DNA from: Octopus sinensis | Lineage: Eukaryota | Direction: 5' to 3' | Length of the DNA stretch: 64,000 bases | NCBI RefSeq assembly: GCF_006345805.1 | Contig: NC_043000.1 | Coordinates: 29,016,001-29,080,000, forward strand | In this document: in pieces, positions 1-12,517 of the stretch | Numbering within the stretch: position 1 is the stretch's first letter | Layout: the number at the start of each line of letters is the position of its first letter | Notes under the pieces: model-generated | What the model saw: the letters and a program-made list of their open reading frames with translations, nothing else | The model's database searches: none | What the model was told of the DNA's origin: nothing | Program-made: the position numbers and the translations under genes

Positions 1-101
1 CAATTAAGGACTGAACACGAAAAGTGGACAGTCAACATGCTAGATATAGACGTCAAATCGCCATTCTCCACAAAAGATTATGTTCTCAGATTATATATAC
101 T

Positions 102-250
102 ACGGGCTTCTTTCAGTTTCCGTCTACCAAATCCACTCACAAGGCTTTGGTTGGCCCGAGGCTATAGTAGAAGACACTTGCACAAGGTGTCACGGAACCA
201 TGTGGTTGGTAAGCAAGCTTCTTACCACACAGCCACTCCTGCGCCTATAT
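102..250 (-). mobile_element. tRNA-derived SINE family A, 5' half
   Basis: Reverse complement of the recurrent head GGAGTGGCTGTGTGGTAAG...GGTTCCG...GTGCAAGTGTCTTCTACTATAGCC shared with more than 12 other copies in the window. Confidence 0.85.
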
Positions 251-660
251 ATGTTTTGTGTGTGTGTGTATGTGTGTGTGTCAGTGTGTCTGTGTATCTG
301 TGTGTCGTTGTCATAGTGACTATTGGCAATAAATGGTTAAATATGTTCAAATGTCAACTCCATTTTCGACCTTTACATTAACTATTTCATTCGTTTTCTT
401 TCCACTCAGTCCTTAATTCACGCATTTTTCTCTTCGGCTTGATTGCTTTCCTGCGTTGTTCCTCTTTCGTCTTTTCTTTATATTTTTTCCTTTCAGCCAT
501 CTTGTATATCGTTTTCCTTTTCTCCTCCAATAGCTGTAAATCGTTTTTCTCAATATTCTACATTATACTGTGTTACACCATTGTAAAGATTGACAACTAT
601 TGATAAAATATTCTCAACTCTGTTGAATGGTATGAACAAATTTTTGCACAATGTTTGCTC

Positions 661-664
661 GATA

Positions 665-705
<41 letters not shown>

Positions 706-800
706 ATAGCAGCAGCAGCAGCAGTAGCAGAAGAAGAAGAAGAAGAAGAAGAAGAAGAAGAAGAAGAAGAACAACAACAACAACAACAACAACAACAGGA
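661..800. repeat. Compound trinucleotide array (TAG)n-(CAG)n-(AAG)n-(AAC)n
   Basis: Directly visible; accounts for the poly-V/A/E/Q ORFs. Confidence 0.95.
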
Positions 801-942
801 ACAATTTTCTTTGAATATACGGACAAGTAAATATATTTACAATCATGCATTCACATATAGATGAATTAATATATAAACACACAGATAATAGATGTAAGCA
901 TACATGCATATACATATATATGTGTCAGTGTATATATATATA

Positions 943-985
<43 letters not shown>

Positions 986-1009
986 ATACACTGACACATA
1001 TATATGTAT

Positions 1010-1170
1010 ATGCATGTATGCTTATATCTATTTCTGTTGAAGAGCGTAGGCTCGAAACGTAAAAGACTTGTTTTATTTATATTCCTGAGCGCCATACTAA
1101 TACAATTGTTTGTTAGTATTCCGCCTGCCTTCGTCTTTTGTTTATTTTCATAAAGCTTCCCGTTATATAT
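1010..1170 (+). mobile_element. Short Penelope-like (PLE) 3' terminal fragment with hammerhead-like motif
   Basis: Near-identical to 33880-34030, the 3' end of the Neptune-type PLE (CTGTTGAAGAGCGTAGGCTCGAAACG...AAAGCTTCCCGTTATATA). Confidence 0.75.
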
Positions 1171-1584
1171 ATATATATACATATATAGTTGAGGTGTGTT
1201 CTGTTAAGAACGTATAAGTGTACAAATAGAGCTCGATCACCCTTAGAATTCCCAAATTGTCGGTAGTATTCTTATGACATGCTACCAATTCTAGGTATTC
1301 CTCGTGTGTGAAAATAAAAAGTATAAAGTAAACGTGTCAAAAGGAAGGGTAGGTACGTTTAGGCAGCTTTTTAATCGCTGCAAATGTTTCGATATATACA
1401 GATACACGTATATACAGGATTTAAAGTTAAGTTTAAATTAAATTATTTAACGATTTACCTGTATAAGAAGAATAAGAAGATTTATATGTATCTCCTCAGG
1501 CGATACTCAGTTGCTGTCTCCGTAAGTAAATCTAGATTTCTATGCTACAAAATCCATGGCTTCTTTGAAAAAATATATATATTA

Positions 1585-2070
1585 GGATTCACTACAGAGC
1601 AGTTTTTTAATTGAACTGGTACTTAATTCATCGACCCAGAAAGGATGAAAGGCAAAGTTGACCTCGGCGGAATTTGAACTCAGAACGTAGCGGCAGACGA
1701 AATACCTATTTCTTTATTACCCACAAGGGGCTAAACACAGAGAGGACAAGCAAGGACAGACAAACTAATTAAGTCGATTATATCGGCCCCAGTGCGTAAC
1801 TGGTATTTAATTTATCGACCCCGAAAGGATGAAAGGCAAAGTCGACCTTGGCGGAATTTGAACTCAGAACGTAGCGGCAGACGAAATACCTATTTCTTTA
1901 TTACCCACAAGGGGCTAAACACAGTAGGGACAAACAAGGACAGACATAGGTATTAAGTCGATTACATCGACCCCAGTGCGTAACTGGTACTTAATTTATC
2001 GACCCCGAAAGGATGAAAGGCAAAGTCGACCTCGGCGGAATTTGAACTCAGAACGTAGCGGCAGACACGA
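1585..2070 (-). mobile_element. SINE family B, head-less tandem trimer
   Basis: Three ~184-bp repeats containing B box GAGTTCAAATTCC and GTCGACTTTGCCTTTCATCCTTTCGGGGTCGATAAATTAAGTACCAG; junctions at 1699 and 1883. Confidence 0.85.
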
Positions 2071-2594
2071 AAATAAATTAAACATACATTCATACATGCA
2101 TGCATACACACGTACACACATATCCACACCGACACTCATATATACATACACACACACACACACATATATATATTCGTACTATATATGTGTCTTGAATTCG
2201 TATCTTATCTGCTCTTTGAAGCGTTTGGTGAATGAGAAAGTAAATTTTGGACAAGACATTTGAACAAGACTTGACAAGAATTTTGGACAGGGCATATGTA
2301 ACATTGGCTTCAAATTTTGGGATAGTCGATTACATCCACTCTAGTTCTCATCTGGTACTTATTTTATTGACCCCGAAAAAATGAAAGAATGAAAGGCAAA
2401 GTCGACTCAGTACATAAATACGCATATTTGATATGTACTTTATCTGAATGGTTGAAAAAATGTAACATTCAGAGCTTTTGCGTCGCCTCTAATATTACAA
2501 AACATTGTGGCCGAAATTTGTCAATCTGTGCGCATTTTTCTATTCTCTAATCCGCAAACAGGGAAAACCACATTTCCAATAGGAAACCACATTT

Positions 2595-3500
2595 CCAGTA
2601 GAAAATTTTGTCATGAGGGTATGACTAAAAATTACACTTTTTGTTTTCAAGATGGCACCCGGATCGTGCGCATTTTTTTATGATAGTTGTCCTCTCGGCC
2701 AAGAAAAGTTTGCACAATCTGCTTCTGTTGATGTATGGTCCAGGTTGTTCCAGCAACTTTCAGTTAATTTCGTATGGCATTCCCTCTTCTTTTAATTACC
2801 ATATATATAGCTGGGTAACATTGTAACATTACGCACCTCTGAGATTCTAAAAGAGAGCCTATGGTCATTTAGCCTGTCTTTAAAGAGTTCCTCCGTTGTT
2901 CCTAATGTGTGTTTCGTTGCTGCTGCATCTGTGGTTGATGCTGCCATTGTTCGACATCATATCTGATCCGTAAACCACGGCCTCAGCATTGCATCCACCG
3001 TCCACTGGGCACCCAATGTTAACCCTACCTGACCATTCTGCCTCTAAGCAGGTGTGGTGGCGTTCACTAAAATCGTTTTTACACTAGGCGCACAGCTGAA
3101 CGGGACCCTTAAAATATGTCTGTAGAATAATCTCAATAATCTCATATACCTTTGGAACTGTGTGAAATGCTTATTTAGTAATCTAAAGAAAACCCTTCCT
3201 ACACAGGTTTTGACGCTGAGTGAGAAGGGTGGAACAAATTTAACTATTATAAAGTCATTTAATATTATGAAGAACTGCATAACAGTGTAAAAACAAACAG
3301 TCTTTCTGTCCCTTTCGATGTGCATAAAACGATTGTAAGAGCCTCCTGACGAACAGTTTCGTGGTTTGTTGAGCGTTCCTTATAGAAGACGTACGAAAAC
3401 TCCTCTCAAATCGATAACAAGAAGAGCTTCTAGATATAGCAGTAGGCAACTAATCTACCGCCGTGATGGATAGCTTAGTTCACAAATCTATGCGGCAGCT
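2595..3500 (-). mobile_element. Degenerate Penelope-like element: RT thumb/linker plus GIY-YIG endonuclease
   Basis: Minus-strand translation with stops and frameshifts gives VKFVPPFSLSVKTCVGRVFFRLLNKHF, HILRVPFSCAPSVKTIL, GCPVDGGCNAEAVVY, TLGTTEELFKDRLNDHRLSFR and YIW*LKEEGMPYEIN...LCKLFLAER. These match PLE WFNPP, CPLDGKC and GIY-YIG motifs; possibly Hydra-clade (inference). Confidence 0.8.
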
Positions 3501-3759
3501 GTCTCATCTAAAATATATGTTTACTTAATAATAAACAATATACATTTCATGTACAACACAGACTTAATCAAAAGTATCTGATTAAATTTAAATATAAAGT
3601 CATTAGTTGTAATAAAGAACTCGACGCGGCTGTAACCACATTTCCTCTTTGTTTTTGATATTTTCCTTCTGATCGTATTTGCAAAGACTGAAAATATTTA
3701 AAAATAAATCTTTGTACAAAATTGTTCAAATACAAATGCATTGTCAATAGATGTTTCAT

Positions 3760-4010
3760 AATATCACCTGGTTCGCCTGGATCACCTGAATCAGCCAGGC
3801 TGTCAGGTGCCGTGTCGGCTCTGCTGACCACAGCATCTTCTCTAATCCCCTCATGCTCTTGCCATTCTCCTCCACGTTGTTCCAAAAATCTTTCTTAAAT
3901 CATCTTCCCACCTGACTGGAGATCTTCCGAATGGTTTCTTCCGCTCGTTCGTGTCCACCGATTGCCTGCGAACCTTGCGACATGACCGGCCCATCGTAGC
4001 AGTATTGGAG
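3760..4010 (-). mobile_element. RTE-clade LINE 3' fragment
   Basis: LRWAGHVARFAGNRWT, then after a frameshift GRSPVRWEDDLRKIFGTTWRRMAR, typical of the RTE ORF2 C-terminus; followed by a short repeated tail. Confidence 0.75.
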
Positions 4011-4019
4011 CTAATAGTA

Positions 4020-4516
4020 GCGTTGGTGGTGGTGGTGGTGGTGGTGGTGGTGGTGGTGGTGGTGGTGGTGGTTTTGGTGGTGGTGGTTTTGCTGCTGCTG
4101 CTGCTGCTGGTGGTGGCAGTGGTGGTAGTGGTGGTAGTTTAGTCGGTGATATATATGGTGGTGATGCTAGGTCGTGGTTTGATTGTGGTAGTGATAACAA
4201 GATGATTTACAAGAGTGGCATTGATGATACTGACGATGGTGACGATGATCATAATCATGATGATCACAATGATGATGGTAGGTTGATAATGATGATGATG
4301 AGGAGGAGGAGGAGGACGAGAGAGACAATAATGATTTTGATGGTAGTAGCGGCGGTGACAACGACGACGTCGACGGCGGCGACGACGAAAACGACGATGA
4401 CGACAACAGCGGGGATGATGATGTTGAAGGTGGTGGTGGTGGTGCTGGTGCTGGTGCTGGTGCTGGTGCTGGTGCTGGTGCTGGTGCTGTGCTGGTGCTG
4501 GTGCTGGTCATGGTGG

Positions 4517-4556
<40 letters not shown>

Positions 4557-4560
4557 TATG
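4020..4560. repeat. Compound GGT/GCT/GAT/GAC/GGTGCT simple repeats
   Basis: Directly visible. Confidence 0.9.
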
Positions 4561-4975
4561 GCGACAATGACGATAATGAAACTTTTGGTGGCGAAACGCT
4601 GCCTAAGATTAAGTTAACAATGATAATTAATGCAAGTTGTGATAGGTAGACTTGTTGAGATAATAAAGAAAGGTGTTATAAAAAGAAAACATAGAAATTA
4701 GTTAAACGTGGGTGTAAGTGTTCACCTATAGATATGCCTTTGAGTGTACGATTGCGTGTGTGTGCATGTATCTATGTATGTGTGTGCATATATGCCTCTG
4801 TAGCTGCATGGCAGAGTGAGTGCCTATATGCGTATCACTGTATGTGTATGAATAAGTATATACCACTTTATGTATGTGTGTGTGTGTGTGTGAAGGTCTG
4901 TTTTTACATATTTGTACGTAGTATGTACGCAGGCGTGCGTATTCGTCTTAGTGCGTATATACATGTGTGTGTGTA

Positions 4976-5011
<36 letters not shown>

Positions 5012-5779
5012 AATTTTTATGTGCTTGCATGGTTTTTCTATATTTGCCTGTGAGTGTGTTACTGCTTAAGTGTGACTCTTTACGTCTGTGTGTCTATGTA
5101 TGTATGACTATGTGTGTGTATGATTGTCTGAATGGAGTTGTGCGTATTCCTGTGTATGTATGTGTGTGTAAGAGAGAGAGCGTCTGGCTCATTGAACGTG
5201 TGTATGTGTGCATGTGGGTTGTGTGTATGTAAGATAATGTTGCCAATCTCCTTGTCATGGTTACTATCATTACCCCCTATTTATTGTGCTTGATGCTATC
5301 GATATCAAGAGAAATCAAATCGATCACTTAAACCCAAAACTCTACTTAATTCATATCTTTCCCTTGTTATTTAACTATTATACACTCTCTCTATCCCTTT
5401 CTTTTTCTCCCTCTCTCTCTTTCTTTCTCTCTCTTTCTTTCTCTCTCTTTCTTTCTCTCTCTCACTCACTCACTCACTCCACACATACACACACATATAT
5501 ATACGTATATATATATATATACACATATATGTATGTATGTATACATGTATATACATATATATACATATATATGTGTGTATATATTCATATATATATACAT
5601 ATGCATGTGTGTATGTGAGAGAGAGTGTGTGTTGTTGTTAATTCTTGCCTTTATTTTGTCTCCTTTGTTCTTCCAATCTCTGCCTTTCTAATCCGTTTTC
5701 TTCTTTTATATTCCGAATCTGCTCCTCGATTGTAACTTTTGTAATTGTATGTCTTGTAATTTTATACAAACGCAATAAA

Positions 5780-5816
5780 CGTATGTATATATTCATAGAC
5801 ATATCTGTGTATATAA

Positions 5817-5848
<32 letters not shown>

Positions 5849-5990
5849 GTGTGTGTGTGTGTGTGTGTATACATGTATTCATGTGAATGCGTGTAAATAT
5901 ATACATATATATATACACACATATACATATACATAGATAGATAGATATACTTTTACATATGCATATGTGTACGTACATACATATATTTAT

Positions 5991-6043
<53 letters not shown>

Positions 6044-6233
6044 GTATATACACACATATACTTATATATGTATAAATGTATGTATGTGTATATTATATAT
6101 ATATATATTATATTATATATATGTGTGTGTATATATATATAAATATATATATGTATGTATGTGTATATTATATATATTATATATATATATATTTATGTAT
6201 GTATGTATGTATGTATGTATGTATGTATGTATG

Positions 6234-6267
<34 letters not shown>

Positions 6268-6320
6268 TGTATGTATGTATGTATGTATGTATGTATGTAT
6301 ATGTATATGTATATTAGTTT
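5780..6320. repeat. (TA)n/(TG)n/(TATG)n microsatellite block
   Basis: Directly visible; source of the YI/YV/CM ORFs. Confidence 0.95.
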
Positions 6321-7267
6321 ACTCTTTTATTTTACAGTTCTTGTATTTTGAGGAGAAACGATGGTTAAATAGATTAGAGATGAGCGTGGAAAGTTTTATT
6401 GTTTCCAAATAGAATGGTATATCTGTCTGTTTGTCATAACAAAGATACTGACTGACGTAACTCCAACGCACTCTATCAGTTTATATTCTTCTACAGCAAA
6501 GACAAGATTACGCCCCTTGAAACTAGAACTCTTCTTCACTCTTTTCCTCTCCTTCATAAGCTTACCTCAAGATGAATCCACTCTTTTGACTTGTTATCAG
6601 ATACCTTGGCTTGGTACACGATCCGTACTTACTGTAAGCTCTTATCTCATGTTATCTTTTGTTGTTATTTTGAAAGAAACATATATGGTGTATTTTCTCT
6701 TTATTCACTTGTGGTATTTCCCAAGACAATTTCATAGGAAATGAATAAAAGTTGTAAAGATAAATGCATGCACGCCATGGAAATAGGCAGAGATAATATT
6801 ATGGGTCTTTATAGTCTCACTTGCTCTACTTATTGGACAGATGACTCAATAAATAGCAGGGATGAAACGGTATTATTTCTGATTTGATAATAAAAGAGAC
6901 GCTTTGTGTTTTTATAATATTGTCCAAATCAATATTCCTTGACTATCTTACCGTTGGCGTTTGTTGACGCATAAGTGAGAATCATAAAATATCAATGCTG
7001 AAATAACGGGTTCAGTCGCCGCTTACAGGTAAAATTTCAGTTCTGCAACCAATGTTTATGTGTAATTACCGTGTCAATCAATAGCTTAAGGTTTTTCTCT
7101 GGCGCTATCCTGTGTTTAAAATTCTATTCAAACAGTTGCCTTGTGAACTTAAGTTTAATGTTAACAGACGAAACCTACCAATGTTGCCACATTTAAATCT
7201 GTCAAAATTTTCGTTGCATATTATAGATGTTATCACAAGAAAATGCCTTATAATCTCTGAGGCACAA

Positions 7268-7460
7268 ACATGGCTGTATAGTTAAGTAGTTCATTTTTAC
7301 AACCACGCGGTTTCGGGTTCAGTCTCACCGCATGGCATAACACTTTGAGTGTCTTCAACGGTAACTCCGGGACGACCAATGTCTTGTGAATGAATTACGT
7401 ACATGGAAATTCTCTGTGTGTGCGTGCGTGTGTGTGTGAGTGTGTGTGGTGTGTGTGTGT

Positions 7461-7537
<77 letters not shown>

Positions 7538-7672
7538 TGTGTGTGTGAAAGATATCTTGGAAACGGACAGCACGCTATACAAGTTAATCTGACTATCGTT
7601 TTATTACACCATGAAACTAATAATAGCTTAAACTTAAATTCTGTATATATTAAATATGTATACAGTATGTGT

Positions 7673-7704
<32 letters not shown>

Positions 7705-7920
7705 ATTTTGTGTCTGTGTTTGACTCCACTACCACCACGCCACTTGACAGCCAGTGTTGGTTTGTTAACGTTCTTGTAACTCAGCAATTCGGCAAAAAAG
7801 AGCCCGTAGAATAAGTATGAGATTTAAAGAGTAAGTCCCGATGACGATTTATTCGACTAAAACCCTTCAAGGTAGTACCGCAGTATGGCTACAGTTCTCT
7901 GACTGAAAGAAATAAAAGAT
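7268..7920 (+). mobile_element. Old SINE family A with expanded internal (TG)n
   Basis: Diverged head TGGCTGTATAGTTAAG...GGGTTCAGTCTCACC and tail ...GACTGAAAGAAATAAAAGA. Confidence 0.7.
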
Positions 7921-9214
7921 TAGATATAAAGGAGATATCAAACACAATTACATCGAGCGACACGCTCGGTCTTTCGCGTCAACATAAACGATACAACTAT
8001 ACAAAGCCGACGTCATTTATATAAATACACTTATCTTGTAAGTAACAACAACTGATTTTGTTAATACTCAGAATTCCGCCATTACTAATTCGCAAGATTT
8101 AACATTAACAAAAGGTATTAATACTTAATAACTATTTAAATTTACACAGATATTTAGCTCGAAGTATTAGCAAAATCTCTACAATATTTTAAGTTTCAAA
8201 TTATAGAATATATAGAATTAATTGAATTTTTCTATCGCATTTTCTTCATAATTGTTAAATATTTGTGTGTGCTGGCTTTATTTTCTTATGAGTTACCAGG
8301 ATAAAAATGGACTAACTCAATTCCTAACACACAGATAACATGAGCAAACAAAATTTTTAACCAATTATTTAATCACGTTTTCTAAATTTCAAAGATAACA
8401 ATTATTAAATATCTAACTATTGGGAACATTTCTTTTTGCATCGCTGCCAAAACTAATTGTCTTGATAACTCTTATGTGAATTATTTCTATTATCTACATT
8501 AACTACCAATAGAAATATTACACAACTCTTTCATCTTCAGACATCGCTTTTCCTCAGTCCATATGAAAGGAATTTTCAGCCACAAATATAATTCTTAATT
8601 GACCATATCAAAATGATTTTTGTTATACGCCCAAGCAAGAAACTATTTACATAGATTTTCTTTCAGCGGTGTTCTTTCTCATCATCTGAATAAATTAAAA
8701 CGTTTCTCCATAACATTCATTAAATACGGCCATGTTTTTCTTTGACTTTGCCTTTCATATTCTCATTTCCGGGCAAAAGATGTTCAATAACTTGTATTTA
8801 TTGACATGGCACCACTATCAAGAGAACTATAGCATCGCAATTGATGATTCTAAGAAAATCCGACGAAATCAAATAAAGATCCTTCGTTCAGAATCGGTAA
8901 ATGTCTGGATAACGAAATTGCTGTAATATAAATCCTACATTCAATAGAAGGGCCATAGCATTCGCAGACATAATGATCTTCTGGCAGATCCGGCATCATT
9001 GTCTGGCGAATCACCAAAATATACAGTCAACAGAACAATCAAAATCCTTTGATTCCGGACTATGGAAATAGTCCGAAGTTGTGTCTGATAATGTTTACTC
9101 AGTCAGTCAAATACGTTGCTGTCTCCGGCCAGCTTAAATCGAGTAGAAAGCAATAACTGGAAGTGCAAGATCTCAAATATAAAGGCTGCATATTTGAGAA
9201 ACTTTGGTGCGAAT

Positions 9215-9365
9215 GTATGCGGTTGCGTGGAAATTCGTTTCGCAACGACGCAGTTTCAAGTTCGGTTACACAGTGTAGCTGTTTGGGCAAGTTTCTTCAA
9301 CATTAACCTCGGCTTTATTAATACTCTGTGCACAAAAGTTGATAGTCAAAGACTGTACAGAAACG
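9215..9365 (+). mobile_element. Highly diverged SINE family A head
   Basis: GGTTGCGTGG...TCAAGTTCGGTTACAC...TTGGGCAAGTTTCTTC aligns by eye to the family A head. Confidence 0.55.
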
Positions 9366-9409
9366 ATTATAATATGCGTATGTATGTGTATATTTACACA
9401 TGCACACAA

Positions 9410-9447
<38 letters not shown>

Positions 9448-9485
9448 ACACACACCCACACGCACACACACACGCACACACACAC

Positions 9486-9540
<55 letters not shown>

Positions 9541-9746
9541 CGGGTTGGCCAAAAGTTACCAGACAGTAAATCAAAATCATTTAATTCCAAGATTAAAACA
9601 AGAAATTATTTTATATGAGACTTCGCTAATAAATAAACCACAGCATTCAATAATTAAACATTTATAATTGAAAGGAATAAATGAAATTGCATATTCAGTA
9701 TTTATGGAATTTTAATTTACTATCGGGTCACGTTTGACCAACCCTG
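9541..9746. mobile_element. Tc1/mariner-type MITE
   Basis: ~30-bp imperfect TIRs (CGGGTTGGCCAAAAGTTACCAGACAGTAAAT versus right-end reverse complement CAGGGTTGGTCAAACGTGACCCGATAGTAAAT), in a TA context. Confidence 0.75.
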
Positions 9747-9751
9747 TATGG

Positions 9752-9855
<104 letters not shown>

Positions 9856-9989
9856 AAAAATAGAAGTTGAAAATGCACTGAGAATAGTTAAAATATTCTT
9901 TTATTATATACATATCTATCTATCTATCTATATATATATGCATATATACATACGTATATGTACCTACTTACTTCTATACATATATACAT

Positions 9990-10200
9990 ATGCATATGTG
10001 GGCACAGGACGTCACGAAATGTGTACAACAAAAAATACAAAGCACGAGTACTTGGAATATGAGCTATTCTTTCGAACAACGAAAGACACAAATGGAAAAC
10101 AAAACAAACAACATGAAGAACGACACTTCATCAGTTGTTGGCTGTTTCTCTAGTCTCGTATTTCGAGCATTTAACAACAATATACGCTTTCAATAGAACA
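9990..10200 (-). mobile_element. Short PLE-derived non-autonomous repeat
   Basis: Shares the CTGATGAAG...GTCCTGT(G/A)C architecture with 34390-34740 and 39170-39420. Confidence 0.5.
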
Positions 10201-10427
10201 GTTGCACCCGCAAAGCAAATTAAATGAAATTTGGGCTTTTGCGAAGGGTCAAAATTGATAACACAAACAATATATTTGCTCCGGTACTATTCTGACAATA
10301 ACCACATGGTTGAGATGAGCGATTAGGTATAATATAGACATGGGAAATGTATGGATATATTGGTAACTATATGCAAGTATTTATCGGCATGTATATATAT
10401 TTTTCACTTATATATTGTCGGTATACT

Positions 10428-10484
10428 TCTACTGATGAGCGTAAGGTAATTTTTATTACAAATCATGAAATCTTAAGATATAGA
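10428..10484 (+). ncRNA. Candidate minimal type I hammerhead ribozyme (degenerate stem II)
   Basis: Stem I UCUA/UAGA, core CUGAUGA (10432-10438), GAAA (10467-10470), palindromic stem III AUCUUAAGAU, AUA triplet; base of stem II poorly paired. Confidence 0.4.
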
Positions 10485-10519
10485 CGCAGGAGTGGCTGTG
10501 TGGTAAGTAGCTTGCTTAC

Positions 10520-12517
10520 AGACGGACGTCTTTTTTTCGGTTGCTTGATGTCACGTCTTTCGCTGTGAAATATTCAACTTTGAGGCTCGACTACAGGTAG
10601 GTGTTTGTTGTATTTTTCGCGGGCTTAGTGGATTTTGTTGCCCTGTATTGAATATTTTTTGGTGAGCAACAGTCTCCACTCTGCTCGAGACATTTGCCTG
10701 CCTGTGGTCGTGCATAAAAAGTCACTTTGCAGTGAGAATTGTATTTTTTGAGGAGGCGTAGCCCCTATGCAAAAATTAATTTGTTTACGAAAATTGTCTT
10801 CGTGTCTGTGAATTTCCACTGGATTACCAAGGAGTACCAAGGCAGGAAGGACTATTTTTGCAGCTGGAGTACCTATATCGGACTTGTGGAATTTTGTTGC
10901 CGTTGATTGAACTGTCTTCCTTCGTTCTTTTCTCTGCTCTGTCTTTCCGTTCTTTTTTTATGTTTATTACTGAACTTTTATTTAGAACATTTGAACTTTT
11001 GTTGAACTCTTTTTTGTTTCTTTGTGGTTTTAAATCATGGCAACAAAGAAAACCACTGTGCTGGAGTGGGAAATTGTGCCCCACAAGCAGTGGTTAGAGG
11101 ACCGAAATGAGAGAATGGTGTTTTCTCAGGACGAAATTGAAAAAGAGTTGGCAGAATACCTACCAACTATCAAGTATATCGCAAGGGGTGTCAAATTTGC
11201 AACAGTGTAGTTACTGTTTGACACCCCTAAAGAGGCTAGCTTGTTTGCTAGTCAGCCCCTGGAAGGGGAAAAAATTTTGTTTCTCCCTACATATCGTGGA
11301 AGGAAATTGACAAGAGGCTGGGTGAGTGGCCCTCCACCCGGAATAGAGCCTGAGTGGATAGAGGACACTATCCGCCGGGGTCTGGGTGGCAACGGAACCA
11401 GGCTCTTGAATGTTAGAATGCTTCCTGTGGCTGATTGGGTGGGGTCGAAAGCAATTTTGACCCTATGGACCCAATCAGCCAAAGATCTGGTCTTCCCAGA
11501 TTTTCTAAAGATGGCCGGTTCTAGGTATCTGGTGACTCTTGAGGAATCCCCCCCCCCCAAGTGTCACCTGTGCCTGGAATCGGGTCACATTAAGAGGAAG
11601 TGCCCCAACAACCATGCAGGGGCACTGGAAAAATTAATAGAGACGGATGTTTTTCCTCCAACGGAGCCTCCTGAGCATATAAACGAGGGAGGTGTAGAAA
11701 AAAATCGAGGAGGAGGTAACCCCCTTGAAAGGGAAAAAAGAAAGGTGGACAATAATGGTTGTCCACCGATGGATCCCGTGGCGGCGGGAGGGAAGGAGGG
11801 ACATACGGACAAACCGGAGGAACCTCGCTCTCCCGAAGCGAAAAAGGAGGGGAAAAGAAAAGAAAGAAAAACGGAGCATCGCCGGCGGTTGCTGGTGCAC
11901 CGGCGGCATGTTCCGAAACCCCTTCTGTGGAACGTGAGCCACCGGAACGAGAGGCTCTGTCAGTGGGAAATGTGCCACTGACAGAGAGGGCTGAAGCCTC
12001 TCCCCGTGAGGAGAACGTGAAACCCGTCGTTTTCTATCTCAGGGAAGGCCCTGTCAAGAAATGCTTGGACGGTCTTCCAGGCCGAGAACGATTGGACTCG
12101 GTTTGAATAGACTGTCCAGACTGTCCTCCGCAGGTGGCTGCGGACGTGGTGAGTCAGAAGGAACTGTTCGAGATCATGGTGACCTGTACTAAGACAGATT
12201 TTACTTTCCTCTTTCCGGGCCCCGACCTGCCGATGCAGGCTTTCCTGCAGGCAGCGTGTCATTTGCTTGATTGATCTTATAGATTGTGTGTATATTGAAT
12301 AATTTATTATATATATTTGTAATGGACTATTAAGTCCAATAATTGTCGTTTTTGATGGAAAAAAAAGAACAATGTTTTAGAGAAGCAGAAAATCGGCGGG
12401 CGTTTTCTGCCTTCTCTCATCAATATCATCCTGGTTTCATCATTCACCTCATCAATGGATATGTCCAGCCCGCAAGCTACTCTTTCTAATGCCTTTATGG
12501 CAAATCTTAATGAAATA
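10520..12517 (+). mobile_element. Tx1/L1-like ORF1-only non-LTR element (HAL1-like) with 15-bp TSD
   Basis: Perfect TSD AAGTAGCTTGCTTAC at 10505-10519 and 12518-12532; 5' start AGACGGACGTC; ~515-bp 5' UTR; ORF1; no EN/RT sequence recognised; 3' stem-loop 12380-12416. Confidence 0.8.
11037..12274 (+). pseudogene. Gag-like ORF1 (~410 aa) with CCHC zinc knuckle, disrupted
   Basis: ATG in AAATCATGG context; MATKKTTVLEWEIVP...; in-frame TAG at 11208; CHLCLESGHIKRKC (C-x2-C-x4-H-x4-C); frameshift in the A-rich run near 11860; TGA at 12104; final stop 12272-12274. Confidence 0.75.

Noticed and set aside
1-90. Possible PLE RT fragment (TEHEKWTVNMLDIDV) and a possible RT fragment at 550-660 (-)
   Set aside because: Too short and diverged to call without a profile search.
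2561-2597. Tandem GGGAAAACCACA / GGAAACCACA (Rel/Runx-like sites)
   Set aside because: Lies in the 3' region of the decayed Penelope element; a simple 20-bp duplication explains it.
5638-5790. Coiled-coil-like minus-strand peptide IEEQIRNIKEENGLERQRLEEQRRQ
   Set aside because: Arises from a purine-rich strand; no splice sites or recognisable homology.
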